Shown: positions 11,908 through 26,234, counted from the stretch's first letter. The stretch: DNA of 64,000 nt from Nemertoderma westbladi (GCA_032718475.1 JAUCBJ010000865.1:1-64000), one strand, 5' to 3'. The notes: generated by a model not told the origin, from the letters alone. Translations and numbers: made by a program.

Positions 11908-13879
11908 TATTATTATTATAAAGAGCGTCAGCCTGCGTTTAATAAATATATTTTAATACAAAACAGGTCGAACGCAAAGAGGCTTATAATGAAGACGAGT
12001 ACTGCATTGATTATATTCCTATAAACCACCTGGCTTTGCATATTGAACGTGCGTTTGGAAATAAGTTCGTGCTACCCTTCCGTGGGTGGTAGATGTCGCG
12101 GTTATGTATTGGTGGGTGGGGGGAGGGGGGGGTGCAGATTAAAAGGGGTGAACACGTACTGTCCCCCTTTCTTTGATTAATTGGTGGTGTGGGTTAATCT
12201 CTCATAACCTGATTTTGTGATACAGTCGCACAATTTTAATTTGTATCTCATAACTGGGCCTCGTGCTGCGCGAAGGCCCCACGAACGTGTAATTCTATTG
12301 ATGCGTGCCGCTTTCTGACGAAGTGGCATCTTGTTTAAGCTGTCAATCACCCAACTACATTGCAAAGAGGGAAGGAAGAATTGGTTGGCTTGGCTTGGCT
12401 TGGCTGGGTTTATCAAGGCCTCTCTCTCTCTCTCTCTCTGGCCACTCCATTGTATGCACATTCCATTGATAGCTTGGTCTGTGTAAGTGCCGATCAACTG
12501 GTTGGAGTGCCCTGGTGTAATGGTTCTCTACGTGGGTGTATCTCTAGGTAGACGTCAGCATTGAAGGCTTCAAGTCTCCTCCCTCACACTCATGCGTCAT
12601 TTCTCCCCACATGGGCTTTTTTTATATTAATTGATATAATTTCAAAACGGCTGAACCAAAACTGGAAAATAATATATGGCAGGATAGTGCAATAATTAGT
12701 CAACACATGCTGTGAATTACAATTAACATACAGTAAAATAAGAATGCGATTTTTCATTCGTTGTAAAGGGAAAAAATTTACTTTTGAACCCAGAAAACGG
12801 TTATTGACAATAAAACAAAAAATAACCAAAAGGTAATAAAACATTGATGCGCGGGTGTTCCCAACATGTTTTTTACACATTTTTGTGTGGTATTGTTATC
12901 TAATTTACAATAGTTTTTTGAGTTATTAAAAAAAATCAAGTCTCCCCTAAAGTCAAGTTTCCCTCACTCACCCTACACATGTTATTTGGCAAAAGTTTAT
13001 AAATTTTCCAAGTATAATTTGTGTGGGGCCTTCAGAGTACGAGGTTTAAGGAAATTATTTTGAGACAAAATACGACGAGCGCAACGAGGCTAATGAAGTA
13101 GATGAGTATTGTAGAACTTAAAATGTCATACTTAACTTAAATAGCCCTTGTTAGTAGGTTTACAAATGGCAGTTAAAGCGTGTAAGGGCAATCTGAAATG
13201 GACCTCTGTTTTTTACAACCAGTTTAAAAGTCTGAAAGTCACTCAATTGATATAGTATATTTAGGCATGACGGTTTTCGCATATCTAATAGAGATTAGTA
13301 CACTTTCTTAAATAGGCTGTCGTGCTGCGCGAAGGCCCCACATTGTCAATACCAGCACACAGTGATTTATTCTGTTCAACACACTGTTTCCCGTTTGCAC
13401 ATACTATTCCTGTATACTGACACACCTTCCCTTATAATTAATCACAATCACGCCGTATATTGTATACCTCTAAATATCCTTTTATTGCATCCAAGGATAT
13501 AATAACTCCTTTCTGCTAATAGCCTGGTTATATTGGTCACACCGCGTTCTCAAATATTATCGTTGATCCTCCTCGAAGGAGGCCATTGAAACTCAAGGCT
13601 TTCCGTAAAATTTGATTAAAGATTCCTTTGGATTTCTTGGCAAAGAATTCACAATATCTTCAAGAACAAAGCCAGCATTTCAGAAAGAGGCGGCTTTTCC
13701 GCATCCGCATTCACAGTCTTTGTGAAAATAAAACTAAAAAAACTATGGCTTTTAGAAGACTATAAACCAATTAGAGTAGAGCGCCCCCACTCCCACCCTA
13801 CCTACCTACAATAGAGTAGACATGCTGCCTTGCAGCAGCATTATATATATATAATATATTGAAATTGCAAATTGGTGTG

Positions 13880-16132
13880 CCGGTGTGACAGGCTAAAATG
13901 TCCCCCGCATATTTTGCCCGGGGGCAAAATCCGCTAGCAGATTTTGACCCCCTTACGACCAAATCTGCTAGCAGATATTGTCCTTCACGCAGATTATGTC
14001 CCCCCTTAAATCTAATCTAAACTACCTGACTGATGAATAACCTACCGACAAAAATACAGTAACTTATAAGGTTGACGATATTGGTGATCATCGCATAATC
14101 GCTTCCTTCTAGAATTGGCTATGAGAATACAGTATCAGTCCCGGACAATTCGGTCCCGGACAATTCGGTCCCGGACAATTCGGTCCGGACAATTCGGTCC
14201 GGACAATTCGGTCCCGGACAATTCGGTCCCGGACAATTCGGTCCGGACAATTCGGTCCGGACAATTCGGTCCCGGACAATTCGGTCCCGGACAATTCGGT
14301 CCCGGACAATTCGGTCCGGACAATTCGGTCCCGGACAATTCGGTCCCATTTATTTTGTGTTTTGGGACCGAATTGTCCGGATACTGACTAGGACAATTCG
14401 CGCCCAAAACATGCATATTAATGGGACCGAATTGTCCGGGACCGAATTGTCCGGGACCGAATTGACCGGGACCGAATTGTCCGGGACTAAAATTAATTGG
14501 TACTATATAATGGTGATTGTTCTAGAACCTTAATATATATTATTATATGTTAGCTAGTAGTATTTTTTCCTAGCTAGTATTTTTTTGAAAATAAAAAAAA
14601 TTTTACTTTTTTTTTGTTAACATTATTAGTTATGGTAGCTATGGTGTTTTTATGGAGCTTGTGAATTATTTACTAGCTAGTAATAGTACCGGTATGTATT
14701 TAAAATCTTTATAACTGATTTTTTTTTTATATATTGCGTATGTATACTGTATGTGTTGTTGGTTGGTTAACAAGCATAAATTATTATCCTAGATAATAGC
14801 TGGATCTCATTCAGGGACTGTTATAATATCATCAATATTTTTGATAATTAATATAATCAGCAACAGTTTAGGCCTAATTCTGAAATATCAATGTTTTCAC
14901 AAGTGTTTTTATAATTTCAAGGAAATGCTAGCTAGTAAAAAAAAACACTAGCTACACCTTAATAAATAATATATAATAATGTTCTCGAACACTTACCAAT
15001 AATAAAAATTAAAAAATACAGTATTTTTAAAACACTAGCTAAAACAAACACTAGCTACCATAAAAAATATCTCTAGGAATGTTCTAGAACATTCACCAAT
15101 ATCCAAAAAGCACTAAAAAGTTGCTATCAGGAACCGGACAATTCGGTCCCGGACAATTCGCTCCTAGGACAATTCGGTCCTAGGACAATTCGGTCCTAGG
15201 ACAATTCGGTCCCATTTAGTTAGTGTTTTGGGACCGAATCGTCCGGGACCGAATTGTCCGGGACCGAATTGACCGGACCGAATTGTCCGGGATCGAATTG
15301 TCCGGGACCGAATTGTCCGGGACCGAATTGTCCTACATCCAGTATTAATAACTACTGAATATAAAGAGAACCTATCATCGGTATATAACGCTGGCTGATT
15401 CAGTACGTTAAACTATATACTATAAATCTCAAGGGTATTTATATGTTAGGCTGATATACCGATATCGGTATATTGGTATATAAAAGTAACGGCGGACTTT
15501 TCTAAACCAAAACAATAAACGATATTTGTTACCAATTGAGGGCAAGGAACAGGTTACAGAAGCAGGGTTTTCTAACCAAAAGAATATACGATATTGTTAC
15601 CAATTGAGGGAAAGGAACAGGTTACAGAGGCAGGCTTTTCTAACCAAAGCAATAAACGATATATTTCTGTAGTACTGTATTGGTATTGTATAGTCTGATA
15701 TTATAATAGAGCCTACTGCTGTACTGTATTGTACCGTAATGTAATAAAATATCTCAATATCAAGCACTCAAGTATCGTGAAGACTGTCTAGAAGTCTACT
15801 CCATACTTTTACAGACTGACATATAAGTAAACTTACGTACAGTATGTTTGTTAATGTATGTCATGTTCATGTAGCAGAAGGCTGTTAGCAACCGGTAGTG
15901 ACCTACAGTAGTCTAATGCAGACGACTGACATCAAATCGAGTGAAAAAAAGGGATAAATGGGGGGCCGAATCTGCGAACACCGGACAATATCAGCTACTG
16001 TAATAGATACTAACCCCCTTAGGACAATATATGCTAGAGTATTTCGCCCTGGGGCTCATAATACGCTAGCGGATTTCATCTGGGGTGGGGCATACTGTAA
16101 TCATCAGGGGGCAAAATATGCTGTAACACTGG
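13880..16132. mobile_element. Degenerate DNA-transposon-like element hosting the second foldback copy
   Basis: Imperfect TIRs CCGGTGTGACAG / CTGTAACACTGG with subterminal GGGGGCAAAAT and GCTAGC repeats; no clear TSD. Confidence 0.5.
14138..15340. mobile_element. Second copy of the GGACAATTCGGTCCC foldback element (without the retrozyme insert)
   Basis: Same 14-15-bp arrays and internal sequence as 5319-7561; right terminus AATTGTCCTACATCC; left terminus truncated. Confidence 0.8.
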
Positions 16133-16691
16133 CTTATCAAGAAACTTGCACCGCCACAACTCCATATCAGCCAGACTTTATTATCATCATTATTATTATT
16201 ATCCGCATTTTCATGGCCAGCGTTCTTTTTTCATCCCAAGAAAGTAATTGGCTGTCCACCATACTGATTCTTTCTATGAGGCTGCCAAAGCCTCATAGAA
16301 AACACCGCCGCTTTACGACGGTGTTTGTGTGGGGTGGGTATTGAGTTGTTTACGTTTGTGTTGGTATAGGCCTACATGTACAGTAGTTAATTTTGATTAT
16401 TGTAGGCCTACATTATAAAATAAAACTGCTACTGTAACATTTATTAAATATTACCGGCTGCGCTGGATACAGTATAATCATGGTAAGGACCCCTCCCCCC
16501 TCTCCACCTTACCCATACCTAGCTGCTGGTATTGGTCCTTGGCTAGTTGGCTACCATACCGTTCGTAGGGCCTTCGCGCAGCACCAGTCTTAGTTATGAT
16601 ACGTAAATTAAAATTGAGTGATTCTATCACAAAATCAGCATTTAAGAAATTTTACCAAACCGCCAATAAATCAAAGAAGAGGGGAAGGGGG

Positions 16692-16957
16692 TGTAGGTGC
16701 GCTACGGATCCGTATCCGTAGCGTCCCACTTTGTTAACAGTGAAATACATACAACAATTATATCATTATAATTCGGCAATTCAGAGTTCGCATTTATTAC
16801 AGTCTCACAGTGCACAGGTGTAATACCGTAATAGCAGTAAGTCGAAGTGGGCCTACTACGGTACAACGTCTGGCTGTCTTTGGGGCGAGCCATGCAGTCA
16901 TCGAGATTCTCGCGTGGGTATATCAGTATAAGTTCCTGTCCATGGTGCTCCGCTACA
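16692..16957 (-). repeat. 3' LTR (266 bp) of a Ty3/gypsy element
   Basis: TGTAG...CTACA termini, AATAAA on the minus strand, and a poly-G polypurine tract (16961-16975) immediately upstream on the minus strand. Confidence 0.75.
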
Positions 16958-19900
16958 CTACCCCCCCCCCCCCCCTAGTGATAGACCCAAGGTATTTGAG
17001 TTCCCGTGTAGTACCTAGGTGGTTTCGAAACGCGCCCGGAACGAGTTGAAGTGTTGGACCGTACCTGTCGCTGTTCGTTTTGTTTGGGTACACATGGTGG
17101 GGTGTTAGGATTGGGGGTGGGGGTTGGAGGGTCGTCGGTGAAAGCTGGTTTCAGACGATCGACTGAAACGTTGGTGGTTCGGCCATTGACAGACAGGGAG
17201 AAATATTTTTCTGCCCGTTCTAGAACCTTGAAGGGGCCGTCGTACTGACACTGCAGGGGTCCCTTGTGCGCGTCGTGACGTATGAAAACGAAGTCTGTAT
17301 GCTGCAGATCCGTAGGGAGGTAAAACTGGTGGGATCCGTGGCAGGTGGTCGGAGTCGCGCAGAGTTGACGCATGGTCTGTCGAAGGCCGGTGATGAACTC
17401 ACTGGGGCTGGTGTGAGGGTCATCTGCTGGGCCACTGGAAGGAAAGAAGTCACCTGGTAGTCGGATGGTGGTCCTGTAGAGTAGCTCGGCCGCTGTGCAG
17501 GCGAGATCTTCTTTGGGAGTATTTTGTATTCCCAAAAGAACTAGAGGGAGTTCATCCACCCAGTTTGGGCTGTGAAGACGAGCTTTAAGGGATGCCTTAA
17601 GCTGCCGGTGGAAGCATTCCACTATGCCATTGGACTGGGGGTGGTAGGCGGTTGTGTGGTGGGACTGCGAACCGAGCAACTCGTTGAGAGAGGTCCACAG
17701 TTCGGATGTAAACTGGCTGCCTCTGTCTGACGTAATGTTGGAAGGGACTCCGTAATGGGCCACGCAATGTGAGAGTAGAGCGCGGGCGCATGAGGTGCTG
17801 GTGGCGTCGCCCATTGGGATGGCCGCAGGCCACCGGGTGAACCTGTCCACGATAGTGAACAAGTAAGTTGCGCCTTGGGAGGTTGGAAGGGGACCCACGA
17901 TGTCGATGTGGATCTTCTCGAATCGGCAATCTGGGAGGTCGAATTTCTCCAAGGGGGCCGATGTGTGTCATTGAGTTTTAGCTCATTGGTAGTCTACGCA
18001 CGCCTTTGCCCACTTCCCAACATCGCGATGTAAGCCGTGCCAAATAAATCGTTTGGCGATGAGTCGACGTGACGACCGGATGGAAGGATGGGACAGGCCG
18101 TGTATTGAGTCAAAGACTCTGCGTCGCCACTGTTCCGGAAAAATCTGTCGTGGGTTGGTAGTCGAAACATCACAGAGAACGGTGAACGCACCATTTCCAA
18201 AAGGGATGTCTTGGACGATGAGGTTGGTTATAGCGGTGCGGTATGACTGAACTCCAGGATCAAGGTGTTGGTCTTGGGACAGTGCGGCGTAGTCTATGTA
18301 TGGGTATGAGAGTGTCATGTTGAGTTCAGGTTGGTTTGCTGTTTCTACTCGGGAGAGGGCGTCGGCGACGAAGTTTGACTTCCCGTCGATGTGCCGGACG
18401 TTGGTGGTGAATTCCGACACGAAAGCGAGATGGCGCTGTTGCTGTGGCGACCACCGCTCGGAGACGCTACAAAACACAAAGATTGAGGGGTTTGTGATCT
18501 GTGTAAATATGAAAGTTACGTCCCTCGAGAAAGTATTGGAAGTGCCTAATCCCCAGATACAGTGCAAGGAGTTCGCAGTCGAAAGCGCTGTATCGGGTTT
18601 CGGCGGGACGCAACTTCTGGGAGAAGAAAGAAACGGGTTTCCAGGAGCCATTGAGAAACTGTTCCAGGACACCACTGACCGCCTTGTCGGAGGCATCAAT
18701 GGTGAGGTTAGTGGCAGCGGTGTGGCTCGGGTGGACGAGGAGAGTGACAGAAGCCAATGCGGACTTGGCGTTATCGAACGCTTTCTCCATGGCGGGGTCC
18801 ACATGAGGGACCTTGTAGTGGAAATGAGTGCGTTGTGGAGTGGGTGAAGCAACTCAGCGGCATGTGGGATAAACCTATGATAGAAGTTTATCATGCCAAG
18901 GAATTGTTGGAGGCCTTTCTTATCGGAAGGGTGGGGAAAACTAGAGATGACCTCAACCTTCTCTGGAATGGGTTCGGCGCCGGCGATGGATATTCCGTGG
19001 CCCAGGAAAGTGAGTGTAGGGACACCGAATACGCACTTCATCAGGTTGATGATGAGTCCGTGTGAAGCGAGGCGATCGAACAGCAGCCGGAGGTGTTCGA
19101 GGTGTTCTTCGGGGTTCGAACCAGTATGTCGTCCAGATATACGAACGCAAACTGAAGGCCCCGACAGACATCATCCATGAGTCTCTGGAAGGACTGAGCG
19201 GCGTTGCGTGTTCCAAAAGGCATTCGAACAAATTCGAATAACCCGAACGGGGTAATTTCCGTGGTCTTCGGGATGTCCTCTTTGGCAACCGGGATTTGGT
19301 TGTATCCCTGGACAAGGTCAATCTTTGAAAAAATTGTGGTGCCCGCGAGTTGGGAGGAGAAATCCTGCAGATGTGGGATAGGGTACCTGTCGGGGGGTTG
19401 TCGCGTCGTTAAGCCGGCGGTTGTCGCCGCATGGGCACCAACTGCCGCTTGGTTTTGTGGCGAGATGGAGTGGGGAAGCCCAGGTGCTGGACAAGCGACG
19501 GATTATCCCCATTTGTTCCATCTGCTCAAATTCGTGCTGCACAATTGCGAGTTTATCTGGTGATAGATGGCGAGGTCGGGCGTAGACCGGCGGTCCTTTC
19601 GTGGGTATATGGTGCTCGATGCCGTGTTTAGTTGTTGGTTGGGAGAAACACGGCTTGGTGAGAGCAGGATACTCGGAAAGGAGTTGCCTGTATGTGTTGT
19701 TGGATTGGTCTACGGTGTGGAGACCGGGGGTAGTCGTATCAGCAAGACGTGCCGGAATACTGGCAAAGGTTTCCGCATCAATGAGTCGTTGGCCGTGGAT
19801 GGCGATGAGCAGACCGTTCTCGCTAAAGAAATCCGCGCCGAGAATTGGTTGTGAGACGTCGGCGAGGGTGAACTTCCAGTTCATCCGGCCGAGGTTTATG

Positions 19901-20765
19901 TTCAGGGGAATATCTCGAGTTCCGTAAGTACGTATTGTGCTGCCATTCGTGGCAACCAGTGGGTCAGTCGGTGGGGCTGAGGGGGAATGCCTATCTCAGG
20001 AGGAAGCGGGAAAAACCACTGACTTTGGCCCCGGAGTCAACGAGGAACCGTAGGCCGGCGTTCCGGTCCCAGACGTAGAGGAGGCGACTGGTGCCGCTCA
20101 GACCAGCATAACTCGTCGCAGCCAGTGGCTGGTCGGGGCGTTTCCCGAGAACGTACACGGTCCCCAGCAGTTCTTCGCTTTGGCGCCGTACTTAGCGTGG
20201 TACCAACATAAAGTAGAGTCACTGTCTGGTGTTGGCCAACCTCGGTGGCGGTTTATCACGGCGAGGTGGGCGGCTAACTCCGAACGTCGGGGTTTGCTGA
20301 GCTCTCGCTTCCATGACGGCGTCGGCAGCCTCTGCGATTTCACATGCGTCAGTGAGTTTAAGTGCTGACACCGTTACTCGGACGTCGTCGGGTAGCTGTT
20401 GATGGAACAGCTGGAGGAACAGGTCATCGACGGGGTTGTTGCCGTGCAAATCTAGCATGTGGTCGAGTAGTTCCGTTGGCCTTTGATCTCCGAGGCCTGG
20501 GAGATTCAGCAGTTTGGCAGCCTTTTGGTTGGGCGTCAGGCTGTATGAGCGGAGGAGCGCGGCTTTCAGAAATTCGTATTTACCTGTTGTAGGTGGGTTA
20601 GAGATGGTTGCACCATCCGACTTGCCACATTCTGGTCGAGTGCAGCAACTACGTAATAGTACTGCGTTTCATCTACCGTGGTGCTGCGTGTGGTGAACTG
20701 AGCCTCTGCCTGGAGGAACCACACGTTGGGTTCCAGAAGCCAGAAACTCGGAAGTTTCAATGTGA
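16692..20765 (-). mobile_element. Degenerate Ty3/gypsy LTR retrotransposon (gag-PR-RT-RNaseH-IN), multiple frameshifts, 5' LTR missing
   Basis: gag KLPSFW..W..QAEAQF; PR PILGADF; RT MPFG.RNA and YLDD; RNase H TIDAS and TDHKPL; IN HIDIVGPLP, VDRFTRW, SDRGSQF, HPQSNG and GPF. Confidence 0.92.
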
Positions 20766-21386
20766 CCGTAAAATAGACTTTAATAACTTAATTGGCACGT
20801 AACACTTTTTAAATTTTAATGTTGTTCAAATTTAAACGTATTTCTGTCATTCAAGTATCGTTTAAAAGCTATTTTTTGCTCTTTAACAGATATAAATTTG
20901 CAAAATTGTAGCACATATTTAATTATACCAAACATGAGAATGTAAATCCCAAAATACATAAAAACTAGTCTTGTCAATAAAATTTGTGTTGTTTTGGAAG
21001 AGGTGGCGTCATAATAATATATCGAAAATGAAGAATTCAAATCAAGTGTATGCAAATATATTACATACCTATGTGATTCTCATATAATTTACAGTTCAGT
21101 AAAACTACTTGCAGTACATTTGCATAGATTTTATCGCGACAGGAAACCCAAGTATGAAGAGTAAGGAAATTCTATGTGTCGAAAAACCTCTGTAACCTCT
21201 TCTTTGCATAAAAAATTACATCCTGAAATTTCAGAATTATAGGCCTACTTCATATGTAATTCTGCTATAACAAAATTTGATGTTGTATTCGGCAGAACCA
21301 TCCAAAATATCATATCTATAAACGATATGAAATTGGGATAAAGTTTATTACAACTACACGAAATATAGAGACAGGCTGTTCCTTGG

Positions 21387-22646
21387 TCGTGGTCCCTGGT
21401 CGTGGGACCATGGATCCCATTTTGGCACTTAGAAGGATAATTGAAGAGTTATCAAAAAAGAAAGACAGGCATCTGGCTGTTATCTTTGTTGACTTCTTCA
21501 AGGCCTTTGATTCAGTCTCTCGCTCACGTGTGTTCAGCATACTTTCATTATATGGGATTCCTGATGAAATTATTGCAGCAATCAGATCAGTATATGATGG
21601 TTCGACAACATTTGTGTCTACTGTTGACGGTGACACAGAACCATTTGAAGTGTTATGGGGCGTCCTCCAGGGAGACACACTTGCACCATTCTTGTTCATA
21701 ATTGTTGTTGACTATGTTCTACGCATGTCCTTAGATCATCATAATGATGATGGGGTGATGATAACTCCACCTACTGGCTCCAGAAGTCGAGGAAATCCTG
21801 CCAAGTACCTAACTGATCTAGACTTTGCTGATGACTTAAGAGTACTCTCAGAATCACTAGAGGGAGCCCAACGGCTCCTCAGCTCATTAGAACATGCTGC
21901 TTCTAGTGTTGGTCTTTTTATTAACTCCAGAAAGACCAAAATGTTGACAGTTAACTTTGAAAGTCCTCAGCAAGTCTCTGACTGGAAGAGCATAAGCTCA
22001 AAGGATGGTATGCTTGAGCGTGTGGACGACTTCTGTTATCTGGGATCATGGATCCGGAAGTCAGGTGAGGACCTTCGAATACGTAAGGGAAAGGCATGGA
22101 CAGCCTTGAATAGGCTTTCCAGGATTTGGGAGTCACCGAGAATTAATCGAAAACTTAAGGTCCGATTATTTATAGCAGCAGTAGTTCCAGTACTCCTCTA
22201 TGGGAGTCCATGCTGGGCTCCAACTGCTGAGGACACCAAATCTCTGGATGGCACATTCACAAGAATGATACGCCGGGTTCATTGTGTCAAGTACAATGCA
22301 CACATCTCCAACCAGACACTATATAACATTGGAGGTGTCTCATTGGTTCCCCAAGCTTGACACTAGAACAAAATCGCCTCCGCTTTGCAGGACATTGCTT
22401 TCGCCGTGAGGACCAGCCAGTGCATAATCTTGTACTTTGGCAGGCTCATGGAGTGAATAAGCATGATGGACAGCCCATGACTTTCTTGAGACGCATCTTA
22501 AAGGACACTGGCCTTGGAGATGCAGATGATCTAGCAAATGTCATGGGTGATAGGTAGTTGTGGCGGTGCAATTTTGTCTATAAGCCGGCACAGCATTCTT
22601 AAAAATGCAGCTGCAATGCAGCATGCCGATCCTAGTAGTAGTAGTA
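21387..22646 (+). mobile_element. 5'-truncated RTE-type LINE insertion (RT ORF 21383-22360 plus frameshifted end)
   Basis: FVDFFKAFDS, GVLQGDTLAP and DFADD motifs; (TAG)n tail; 9-bp TSD GTTCCTTGG at 21378-21386 and 22647-22655. Confidence 0.9.
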
Positions 22647-24659
22647 GTTCCTTGGAAATCAAAATTCAAGGCTATAAAAAATTCAGAGACTATCCTTGAA
22701 AATCCCGTTATGCTTCCACGACTACACATAGTGTTAAGCTTCAGATGCAATAAGTGCCATATTTTTAATGAACTGTAGTTTGACTACAGGAGCTAGAATT
22801 TTCAAGACTATTATTAAAAAAAGCCTTGTCAACATAGACTTGTCAAATATTGCGTGGTTTGACCCTAAATATAGTAGTCTTGTAACAAAAACTTCGTAAA
22901 TACTGTAAATCGTTGGACAATTACGCATATTTTCGTGACAATTTAAATGGGTGACTACAAAACAAAAACCCAAATAATAAAGACCTGTACAAAACACATT
23001 TGTTAACTTTCGTTTATTGTTTTGGTTCCTCCAACACGCCTCTGTAACATGCTCCTTTACTAACCTGCTCATTTAAATGGAAATGGGACCTAACGTTCTT
23101 TGGGACCTCGCGACTTTACCTCTTTGTCTTGTACAGGTCACACAGGTCTTGTACAGGTCTTTATAATTGGTCTTAGGTCTTTGTTTTGTAGTCACCCCAA
23201 GTTACATATGAAATGCGTAACTTGTCCACAATTATAGTCCCTGTTTGCACTAATTGTCCTGAGGCTGACGGTTAGGCCTTTGATTGTTAATCAATTTTAA
23301 AGTGTAGACCTAATTCTGTAATGTACTTTGAATGTTAATGGATATTGAAAGATCTAGTATACTGAAAGCTAATTTCAATATGTCGTATCATCTATGTAGA
23401 GCCTGTTTCGTTAGCGGTTTGATTTAGGCTAATCAATAATAGTGTAGCGAATGAACAGTAGGTGCGTAAGGCCAAAAAGGCAAGGTACATTGAGATTCAA
23501 AGTCGTCACCAGAATCCGGAAACAAATTAATTGAATGGAAACGTGCAAAAAGCGCTCAAATCCAGAGTAGGCATACTACAAAAGTTACAATGAGACCAAC
23601 AAGCAATACATGATAAAGAAACACCAAATGGAAAGATAAAATGCGACGATTGACAAGTTAAAGGAAATGAGAGCCAGAGCATTGATGGCTGAGTGCAACC
23701 AGTTCCCGCTTTGCCGGATAATAAAATAAATCTGATTACTTGATTCATTCATCTTTTGCCTTTTATGGGACATGTGATATTCCAACATAAGCAAATTCCA
23801 AGGTTACAATGTAGTCTTAGTCTTGTAAGTTCTACCAAGACTACAAATGAAGTCTTGTTAAGCGTAGACATGTCTGTTATTTGTAGTCTGGGAGACGGAT
23901 TTTAAAAATTTCCCGCATATTATTTTTCAATTTGTCCTGTTTTAATTAGCTTTATCTCTGATTAGCACTAAAAAAAGAGAAAATTCTGAGCTGTCGAAAT
24001 ATTTATATGTCATGCTTTTGAAAACGTTATGTTTCGACCACTTTTTCTCGGCTTAAAGTGTTAAGTGCCAATTAAGGTAAGATCAATTATAAACACATTT
24101 CTTAAAGCAAATCACTTGAACTAATTAAAAACTATAATGGAAGGGGGTATGGGGATTACAACTGTATAATTTTTAAGTATAATTATTTAAATATTATCCT
24201 AGAAAATAATTAATTAATTAATGGCAAGCATAAAAATGCTGTTTTTTACCGTAATCAACTTAATTAACAAATTAAAGGCTATTATCTTAGCTTCTCGAAG
24301 GCCACACGCAAATTATTTTTAGAAAATTTCTGAACTTTTGCCAAACAACATGTGTACCAAGTTTGATTAGATTTCATCGAGATTTGGCCGAGTTATTAAC
24401 GTTTAAAAACACGGATCTACAGAACGACAGATCTACAGACACACCGATTGAGATAGTGGAACCGGTATGCATAGCTCGCTTACTTTCGTGGCTCGCCCCA
24501 CAAGTGCCCATGTTGTTAGCTGCATATCGCAGCAGTGCTGAGTGCAGTAAATGGCCTGAGATTCATGGTCTAATACTGAAAGAACTGTAAACCAAGATTA
24601 ATTATAACATAATCATTTAATTGTATGCAGATAGACTTTATAAGCCTTAAAAACAACCA

Positions 24660-24869
24660 ATGGCGACGAAGTTGATGATAATAATAGCTGCTTTTCTAGT
24701 CATCCAACTATTCCTTATCCAATACACGACAACCAACCCAATCGAGGAAATTCGTCTTAAAAAGAGATCAGATTTTATGTCAGCTGAAAAATCTGACGCA
24801 TTCCTCTCTTTATTTAAACGAGGAGGGCTCTGTCCACCGTGGAAAAGTGAAGAAGGCTATGACTGTTAA
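24660..24869 (+). CDS. Small secreted peptide precursor (69 aa), paralog of 1752-1967; predicted mature peptide GGLCPPWKSEEGYDC after KR
   Basis: Signal peptide MATKLMIIIAAFLVIQLF, NPIEE motif, KKR and KR sites, C-x10-C; homologous 5' acceptor (TGCAG) and 3'UTR blocks. Confidence 0.75.
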   Translation: MATKLMIIIAAFLVIQLFLIQYTTTNPIEEIRLKKRSDFMSAEKSDAFLSLFKRGGLCPPWKSEEGYDC

Positions 24870-26234
24870 TAATAATAATAACGCGGCCACTACTGATTGG
24901 ATGGGGTCGTCTATATTTTACGAGTAATTATTGATATCGAGATGACATTATGTTTTTATGGTATTATTGGCGGCGGGATGGTTAAATATGGTATTTTCGG
25001 TGGTGGGAAACTATAAAAATAATTTGTAATATAAATTCACAGTTTAAAATTCCTTGATGTCTGACATAAAACATAATCATAAAACATTTAGTGTTATGTT
25101 TATTTAATGTACTTATTAATTTCGATAGTAATTTCCTTTCATTTAGATTTCAACCACAACTTAGTTTGAACACCAACTTGTTATCAAATTTTTCAATTTT
25201 TTGAGAAAATGTATGAATTCCAGCTACTCATTTTACCGTCCATTTTTATCGTCCCAATTATAAGGATAATGGCACTTTTGTGAAAATTAGTGATGCAGCT
25301 GGAATTAGTTGTATTATGACACACTCCACTGAGTTAGTTCCCAAACGGCAACGCATTCCAATTGATTGATGGAACTCTGATGGACCTTATCCGACATCTT
25401 AAGGCATCTAAATAAAATGGATTTGCACTGCAACGGAAAATCTAAGAAACGTAAACCCAAGACGCAATGAATACTGATGAGGTCACCCTAATCCCCAATA
25501 TAGATTACATCAGTAAACATGCGCATTAAGTGCATGTGGCACATTAATCCACAAAAAAACCCTTAAATTATACCTTCAATACAACGATAGTAAAAATAGC
25601 TTGGCCCATGGCCAACAGGTCAGAAAATTATGTATTACATTGCTTCTCTTTATTTCCGCTCTTATTTTTAAAAATAAACTTTAGATCCAGTTGATATAAC
25701 GGTTGGGGAAATAAAATTAAAATTACAAGCAAATGTCAAATAATGTATATTTCATATTTTGTCGCCTTGTACTACATTTTCCTGAAATGAAAGCTCTCTA
25801 ATTTATTTTTGGGAAATTATTGATGTTATAGTCATAAACATTTTTAATGGTTTATAAACATTACAATTCCTGAAATGAATGATTACAAAATTATGATGAT
25901 AACGGATGTAAACAAGTCTGGTAAGTTGACTAAGTCATAATAGTCATAAAAATTGTTTATCAAGTATGCAAAATGTATATTGACAATAAGAATGACAACT
26001 TCAACACAATAAATTTTACATCAGCGAGACATTAATGCAATAGAAGGTGCCTAAGTCTAAATATTGTATTATAGTTGTGTAGCACTATTAGCACTGGATC
26101 GCACATGCTAAAAAATAACTTTTATATGATATTTATATTACCAAACACTGAAAACTTAAAGGATCAAATAAAATTGCATTTAAACGAGCGACACGATTTA
26201 GTTATATGGTAATCCAACATCAACAACGCTAAAA

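Larger units (their letters stand above)
10191..12973. mobile_element. Non-autonomous Tc1/mariner(pogo)-type element with TA TSD
   Basis: TIRs GGGTGAGTGAGGGAGACTTGA / TCAAGTTTCCCTCACTCACCC with subterminal repeats. It is inserted at the TA of a recognisable repeat (ttggTA|cacatg) whose uninterrupted copy is at about 10808-10898. Confidence 0.75.

Noticed and set aside
1-24869. RTE fragment plus peptide gene occurring twice as one segmental duplication
   Set aside because: The RTE copies are in opposite orientation relative to the peptide genes, and the second has its own TSD, so they are independent insertions.
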